From NCBI GenBank assembly GCA_044892525.1, contig CM097887.1, positions 42,966,001 to 43,030,000 on the forward strand: 64,000 nucleotides of DNA, given 5' to 3'. This document shows positions 10,101 to 17,396 of the stretch, in pieces. The translations under genes and the position numbers were made by a program. This stretch comes from Schmidtea polychroa (taxonomy: Eukaryota). The first letter of the stretch is position 1. Every line of letters begins with the position of its first letter. The notes under the pieces were generated by a model. The model ran no database searches. It saw only the letters and a list, made by a program, of their open reading frames with translations, and was not told where the DNA came from.

Positions 10101-13100
10101 GATATCTTTCCAGTGTTTACTGGGGATTTGATTAATCGCTATCGCTGATACATTAGCTCCTGTGTCTATCATGGCATTGGTTTCTTTACCATTGATTTGG
10201 ATCATGACTGTTACTGCTGGACCTCCAGGTAGACTCATCGCTGCGATTGTTCTTACGTCATCTGCTTGATCTACACTTTTGGTACGTCGTGTCGGCATAT
10301 AATGCATACCGGGTTGACTCAGTAATTGCGGATACATATTTTGTGTCATGGTCAAAGCTGCTTGTGGTCCCACGATATCCGGTGGTATGTAGCTTCCATT
10401 GGCGATCCAGGTATTTGTCTTTTCCTTTTCCCAATATGGTGCCGTTTCCATTGGTTTTTCGTTTGGGTTTCTGTTTGGATATAGACGTTTATCGTTCCCG
10501 TCATCATCGTCGTCACTATCGCTGTTAGATGATTGGCTTCTAAATCGGTCCAAGAATTTTGGCTTATTCTTTTTCAATTGTCGTCTTGTTGCTTCATCGT
10601 ACATTACTTTCCGGAATCGTCTGCCCACTTCCTCGTCGGTTCCTTTAATCTTCGTTAGTATTTTAATCAATCGCTTTATCCGATGAATGTCTTTTGAGTG
10701 ACCATGTAATACCATGGTTTTAGCTAAAAATGGTAAGAAACCTACTATCATTTTCCAGTTAACTTTCTTTTCCCGCTTGTATATATCGAAACAAGCTAAC
10801 ATTTGTGTTAGTATTACTCTAACTATCTGAATTATGAGTATGATCCCTAATATCCCGGCCATCATTTGTCCAAAAACTAAGAATCTTCCCCACATTGCTT
10901 TCATCATGTTTGACGTAGCTTGTTGAAAATGGTCTGGCGATAATAGCAGCTCGTAATTCGGGCCTGATTGATAGTTTGTGCCCCCAGTTATTGTTACCAT
11001 ATTAGACAAAATGGATTCTCGTCTGGCTGGGAAGAGTACGTTAAGTCGTGCTGTTTCTAGATCTTCTGGGGAATACATACCACCGTTTGACACGTCTATA
11101 GGTTTGAAATCCAGCTCTGTGGCGAGTTCTATTAATCCAAATTTCTTGGGTTCCTCGGATATGGTTTTTCCCGGTAACATCATCCATTTCCCATCGGGTC
11201 TTTCATACAAAGGTCCGTATGCATTAGAACAGTTAAAGAGATTTGGGTAGAAACCCACTGGATTCATAATTCTAGTGACTGGTTGGACGAATCGATTTTG
11301 TCCTTTATAACGAATTTCTAATTCATTTGCACATCTCTTTTCGGGTAGTATGGATTTTTCTGGCATTCGTGCATACGTCTTGGTACACTGGTATGTGTAC
11401 ATCACTTCTCCTACCATTCTACCAAAATGTCCGTCTGGTAGTGGGAGTGATGGCATCGTGTTATCGGGGTGCGTTATCGCAATAGCTAGCTTTGTTTTCA
11501 ATATTTCTTTATTCAATGAACAATCGTTTTGTATCAGATCGTAATATACTTTTTGCAGGGTCGTTTGTCCACGATGAAATAGAAAATCCATTTTATTATT
11601 TGCATATAAGTATAGTTTTACGTCCTCCGTTGCTATCTTTCCCACTGCTCTATCGATTATTTGTCTCGACATATAGATACCAGCGTAATTGGTTTTATAT
11701 ACTATACTGTCACATTTGGTGGTTTCTTTCTCTTTGATAAATCTCATACCTAGATCTAGATCGTCTGTGATTAATGCTGTTGGTGTCTTCTGCGTTGAAA
11801 GTCTCTTTTCTCTGGGAGATGGTGGCATTGGTTTTCCATTTCGCATTCTCACTCTGTCGTTTCCATCCTCGTCGTTCTCGTTCTCATAAATTTCTCCTTT
11901 TACTTCATTGAACAAAGCACTTTTTAACAGTTGGAGTCGGCATTTTTGGGTATTAGCATCATAGATTATAGTTGATACTCCTGTCCTGCATACGTTTTCT
12001 GTAGCTCTACATGCTGGGTTGGTCTTCATTTGATAATTATTTGCGTCAAATTGCGCTTCGTATTCCTTTAGTTCAACCGTATAGGACTCGATCACTACTA
12101 CTCCCGATATTACCTCGCCTCGGATCGTATACGTACCTCCGTTACATGACCCATCTGATGATTTTACTTTTCCGGATACGTAAACACTTTCGGTTTTAAT
12201 CATTCCAGTTTGTCCGTGAATCGTCACTCCGTTATGCATTTTTAGCGCTCCGGTTCTAAATAGCTCTTTACAGTCCTCTCGTTGTATTGATACGATTTCT
12301 TTATCCAGACCGGGTAGTATAAGAGTCGAATACGAATATTGTCCACAGTAATATGCGAGTACCTTTTTTGATACTACGCATTCCCTTGCTTGCGTTCTGA
12401 TGAAATCTGATTCTTGATATACATGGTAAGTAACTTTTGTTCTCACGATGTCCAATTTGTTGGGTGAGGCTTGTCTGCATTCTTCTATGTCTCTCAATGA
12501 GTATTTATCTCTCATTATCATATTATCACAATCGTAGATGGTAAAACCTGTTGCTCCACTTGTGCACAACATCCATATCATCATAGTCATCATTAACGAA
12601 TTTATTGATGCTTTTCTGCTTGCGGGATCTTTCATCGGTAGTTCCCATTCTAGTTCATTTAACAGTTTTTTCAATCTAACTTGCATCGACCTTTCTTGCT
12701 CATTTTTTCGTGGCGCTTGTATCAGTCTTTTCCATCCTCCTGCACGAATAATATGTGGTTCAATAGTATTCTCTATGATTGAAACGGTCATTTCCACATG
12801 ATTTGCAAACTGTTTATTTGGTATTTTCCTCGCAGCTAGTCCCATCAAATTATACATCAAATACGTGATTACCACTAGATGATGTTCGTCATCATTTGCA
12901 TTTGTCGTGAGCTGCTCAATCACTCTCTTTGTTTCGTCCCAATCCGTTTTGGTGGTTTTCGTTTTCTCTTTGATTAACTTTGGGATTATCCCCGAAATGG
13001 TGTGCCATAATTGTCTAGCTTCCGTGCTGGCTACTTTCCGTTGCCACAAACGTCTAAGTTGTGGGTTTGTTATTATTAACATATCTTTTAACAATTCTCG

Positions 13101-16100
13101 TATCCATTTTTCTCCTCTTTCGATCGTTGGTTGGGCTTCCTTTAGATCCCATACTATTTTATCCAATTTTTCTAATCGAACTTGCCCTTGTTCTTGCTTT
13201 AATTGTTCTTTGGTTTTGAACTCAGACTTTTCTCCTTGTTTCTTAGGTCTTCCTTTTGCCCGTTTTTCCATCATCGTTCCGGCTTCTCTGGTATTTTCGT
13301 AATTCGGATTTCTTTCGTTGTCCGTTCTGGGTAATGAGCTATCGTTATTTCTTAGCCACTCATTCCATTCGTCTATTATTTTATCGGTTTGACCTTCTGG
13401 TGTTACTTTCGTTGGTTCTCTTTGCTTCTGGAATTGTTCATCCGTTTCGGTTTCCGTAGTATTGTCGATGATTTCTTTGATGTTCAGTTTCGTTGGTTGT
13501 TGATAACTCGTTGATGGCTGGTTATTAGTCCACATTTCGGCTCCTGTCGGCCATCTCACTAATAGCGGTGATCTTTCTCCTGGTTCATCGTCACTATCTT
13601 CCAGGATTATCTCTTCAACTTCTTCAGTTTCATTAGATTTACTTGGAGCTTTGTTCGGACTTGGAGTACTCAAACTGCCTTTTGTTGGTTTAGTAATTTT
13701 ACTTTTCCTTTTTAACGGTTTCCCCAACGTTTCCGCCATTGTTAATACATTTGTCTCTTCCAATCTCATGGGTGTTATCCCGACGTCTGCATTATCGTCT
13801 AGTGATTTTCCGAACAGTTGTAGATGGAATGGAGTTTCATATGCTAATTTCTTTTTTAATTCTCTAATTTTTGTTGTTGGATGCACCTCTAGTTCTTCGA
13901 TGCTCTTGTCCGGATACTTGATTCGGATGTGATACCTCTCCTGAGTGTCTTGTGCCCATTCCTGATTTCTCCATTTTCGAATAATTTGTTCCAGCTGTTC
14001 TGGATACCATTCATTATATTGCCGGTATTCCTCTATTGCCTTTGCCATTTCTCTCAGATTGTGGATATTCTCTGATGTCTTTAGGATGATATTAGCCAAC
14101 GCTACCACCTGGCGTTTTTGATTTTTCGCTCCCATTGCTAAAATATCGCCTAATTGTTTATATCTTTCTTTCTCTTCTCGCTCTCTTGCTTCAATTGCTT
14201 CCTCGCCGTCCATATCGGCATATTCTCGTTCCTTTTTCCTCATTGCATGAATATGTCTCGCTTCATTTTCGCTTTCTGATGTGACATCCGTCTCGCCTTC
14301 GTCATCTGATGTCTGTTCCCTTGCTTCCTCTTCATATTCTGGAGGTTCCTCTTCTTCTTCCTCCGATTCACTTTCTGTCTCACCAATGTCTGTTTCTACG
14401 AAGATCCCTTTCCTGATTTCCCATTCCTTATTTTCTGCATTCCACACTCTTTCCCATGGGGTTCGTCTGCAGGATCTGGTATTTAATTTCGTGATTTTTC
14501 CTTGTAGCTCCTTTTCTTTTAACCATTGTTGGTGGATTTCAATTATTTCTGTAGATTTTTGATATAACGTTTTCATCCGGTCTCGTATTTCTTTTTGATA
14601 GGTTACATCTCTTGTTCGGAATTCATCCATTGGTACTATCCTGATTATCTGATGATTGTCCCACATACCCATTTCGCTTAACGAGGTGTCGTCCTCCGCT
14701 CGTAATATTATTTTGTCGTACATCATGACTACATCATCCACCATACCATCACTACTTTCGCTACGTACCTTTTCCGTTATCTCTTGGTTTATTTTTGATA
14801 CCAAGTCATCTACTGTACTCTGATTGCTCATTTTTATTCGTCGTTTTTCTTCGTTCGGTAACCATATGGTTATTTCCAACCTCTGTGGCTGGGTTTCTTT
14901 TAACCTTCCATATTTGTGGATCAAATTTATGGTTCTCCAATCACTCATCCGGAGCATTTCTGTATCTCGCAATCGGCTCATTAGTTCGTACATGGCTGGG
15001 GCTCGTCTGGTGATGAGTAAATCCCAGTTGTCTTCTACTTGTTCTTGAATTTGTTTGATCAGCTTATCCAGGTTTCGTCTCAGAGTACATTGTTTTATTT
15101 GTTCTAATTTCAATTTGATATTAAAATCATATTCTGCCTTGGCATCTTTAGCCCAATCGTAAAGGTTGGCTGGTTGTTTTTCTTTGTGCAACTTTAGTAT
15201 TTGCGTTTCTCCTGGCCATATTAGTGCATCTACTAAGTGCATATCTGGTTTGATCTGTTCTCCTTGGTATTGATACAGATATTCTTTCTTTCTCGAACTT
15301 CCCAAATGTTCTCGTATCCAATCGAAAAGTTCGTCGGTGACTGTATTTTTTATCCACATTCTTTCAAGTCCTCTACTCGTTCCGATTTTTATTACATACC
15401 GCGTGGTATCGGCCTGCTTCATTTTTTCCATATACTTTTTTATAATTGATTTTTCCTCGTTTGGTATTAGATCTTTCTCGTTTCTTTCCAATTTCATCAC
15501 TTTTTGCACGAATCGCCTGAATGGAATTACGTCGATGAACTCTTGGTTCCTCACTACTACTGGGAGTATTTCGGCTACCTGTTTTATCGCTTCCTCCCTT
15601 GCTTTTCTCAACTTTATCTCGATATCTTCGTCTTCACTTTCACTGGTTATCTCGTTTTCGCTTTCTTCCTCTTTGATTTCCCCTTTTGGAGGTTCGCTTA
15701 TTTCATTCAGCTGTAGTATTTCTCCACCCAAACTACTTACATAGTCTTCTTCTTCGTCTGACGATGCTACATCTTTTATCCTTTTCATCATATTGATTTG
15801 CAAGTTTCTCATCCTTGGTACTCTCTTTAGTTTCTTTCTTTCGAATATTGTTGTTTCTTCTGATTCTAATTCTTGTAGCATTTGGTGGTTTAGTTGACTG
15901 GTTTGTTCCTTGCTCTTGTTATTTTCATCTTCTGTCGCGGCTTTCGCTTTATTATGTTCTTTTTCGATTTTATCTTTTATCTTTTTCCAGAATATTTTCT
16001 GAATTCTCTGGTTTCCTTTTAAAATCGTGGTTGAATTCTCTGTTTTCATTTCCGTTGTTGTTTCTGTTACCTTTTCTGGTTCAGTCATGGGTACTACCCT

Positions 16101-17396
16101 TGGGTTTTTTCCGTAATTGTAGCAATACTGGCTTTTCATGTCTTTTACTAACTTCATCATATTAATTCGCAATGGTTGTTCTTGTCGTTGTTGGTTGCGT
16201 TCTTGTTTTATCCTCTCTTCCTCGGCCTGTAGTCTTTGCCATTCTTGTACATGTTGATGCACTTCGTAATTGTTGAGATTTTCGGTACTTCTCATCATAC
16301 GTATATTCTGGGTTTGTTGTGGTGCTGATTCGGGTCTTGGTCTCATCATTTGTTGCATCATCTGTTTCATCTGCGAAATTTCCTGCATAACGTTCATTTG
16401 TTTTCCTTCGTTAGGGTTACTTTGTCGTTGCGGATTCGCTATATAATTATTATTTCGCTGTGGTGGTCGTTGTTGTTGACCCCTTTCTCGGCAATCTCTG
16501 GAGATGTGACCTGGCTGACCACAGTTAAAACAACCTCGCAATTGGCATACATTTTCGGTATGTCCACGCCGTCCGCAACGATTACAATTTGAATTTCTAT
16601 AACAATCTCTGTCCCAGTGTCCTGGTTTACCGCATGTTCGGCACTGCTTGTTATCGTTCATATTTCGTCGATTATTGAAATTGTTCTCATTATTCGGGTT
16701 GTTACGATTACCATTATTCCCATTTGATCGTCCTTGTGGTGGTTTGAAAATTTGGTGCGCTCCTGGTATAAATTGATTCATTTTCGGTTCTTGATGGTTG
16801 TTATCTCCGTTATCCGCTTTCGCTATTGCTGTCGCTATCCTTCCCTCCTCTTGCATAATATTCATTTGAGCTGGAAGGTGGAGCTCGCATCTTGTAGCCC
16901 AATCTATGGCTTCCTCTAATGTTTTGCACATTTGACACCCTACTGAGGCTCTTACTTCTTCTCGGCGTAATCCCTCTATGAAATAACCGATCAAATTTTC
17001 TTCTGGTAATTTCCCATTCATTGCTTTCTTTGCCAATCTCCGCAATTCGCTGGCATATAACGTAATGGATTCATTTGCCCTTTGTTTCCTATTTGCTAGT
17101 TCGCCGAGTGCTTGATTTATTGGTTTGCTAGCTCCGAAAGTTTTCTTCAGGAATGTTTTGATATCTTCCCACTTCTCTAATTTCGTATCTCTCTCTTTAG
17201 CTTCTAAATATACTTCTAATGCACTATCGCACAAAAACAACGGCATCCTTTTACTAATTGCTTCGGGTGTCCATCCACACACAGTGATATAAACTTCAAA
17301 ATTAGTTATGAACGTTGCTAGCTTGTTTGCATTTCCATTGAACGGTTCTCCTCGGAACTTTTCTTTATACTCGTCGGTTTTTACGACATTCGTCAT
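3900..17396 (-). CDS. gag-pol: 4498-aa Gag-UBLx3-Bcl2-Env-PR-dUTPase-like-RT-RH-IN-ANK-FN3 polyprotein
   Basis: 13.5-kb open frame with a Retrotrans_gag-like N-terminus, 3 CCHC knuckles, MIDTGA, YIDDLL, ATDAS, H-H-C-C zinc motif, D-D-E triad and GPY motif. Confidence 0.97.
   Translation of the reverse strand: [4498 protein letters not shown]
5100..6540 (-). other. Two ankyrin-repeat modules C-terminal to integrase
   Basis: [64 protein letters not shown]. Confidence 0.9.
6765..8100 (-). other. Integrase with HHCC zinc motif, DDE core and GPY/F module
   Basis: [10 protein letters not shown]...CLTC; [36 protein letters not shown]. Confidence 0.96.
8160..9400 (-). other. Reverse transcriptase and RNase H
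   Basis: [51 protein letters not shown], YIDD (8937-8948); FLLATDASG...[11 protein letters not shown]...TDHQPL...NADCMSR. Confidence 0.97.
9870..10230 (-). other. Aspartic protease
   Basis: [19 protein letters not shown] (DTG at 10158-10166) and CIIGTDLM. Confidence 0.95.
10250..12605 (-). other. env: Env-like class III fusion glycoprotein (chuvirus/gB-like) embedded between Gag and protease
   Basis: Signal peptide [23 protein letters not shown], 14 ectodomain cysteines, motifs [26 protein letters not shown] and [13 protein letters not shown], then [30 protein letters not shown]. Confidence 0.85.
12720..13170 (-). other. Bcl-2-like domain within the polyprotein
   Basis: [19 protein letters not shown] matches the BH2 pattern (Bcl-xL YLNDHLEPWIQENGGWDTF), with a gap-free alignment back to the BH1 position. 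Confidence 0.7.
13730..15405 (-). other. Three ubiquitin-like (beta-grasp) domains (~15185-15405, ~14625-14885, ~13730-13940), each preceded by a helical block
   Basis: UBL3 [29 protein letters not shown]...[10 protein letters not shown] aligns with ubiquitin IFVKT...LEVEPSDTIENVKAKI...LIFAGKQLED. UBL1 and UBL2 keep the same pattern more loosely. Confidence 0.7.
16491..17396 (-). other. gag: Gag: capsid domain plus three CX2CX4HX4C zinc knuckles (16491-16643)
   Basis: EPFNG...FITNFE...W...[10 protein letters not shown]...[12 protein letters not shown]...[17 protein letters not shown]...FIEGL; knuckles [28 protein letters not shown] and [14 protein letters not shown]. Confidence 0.95.
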
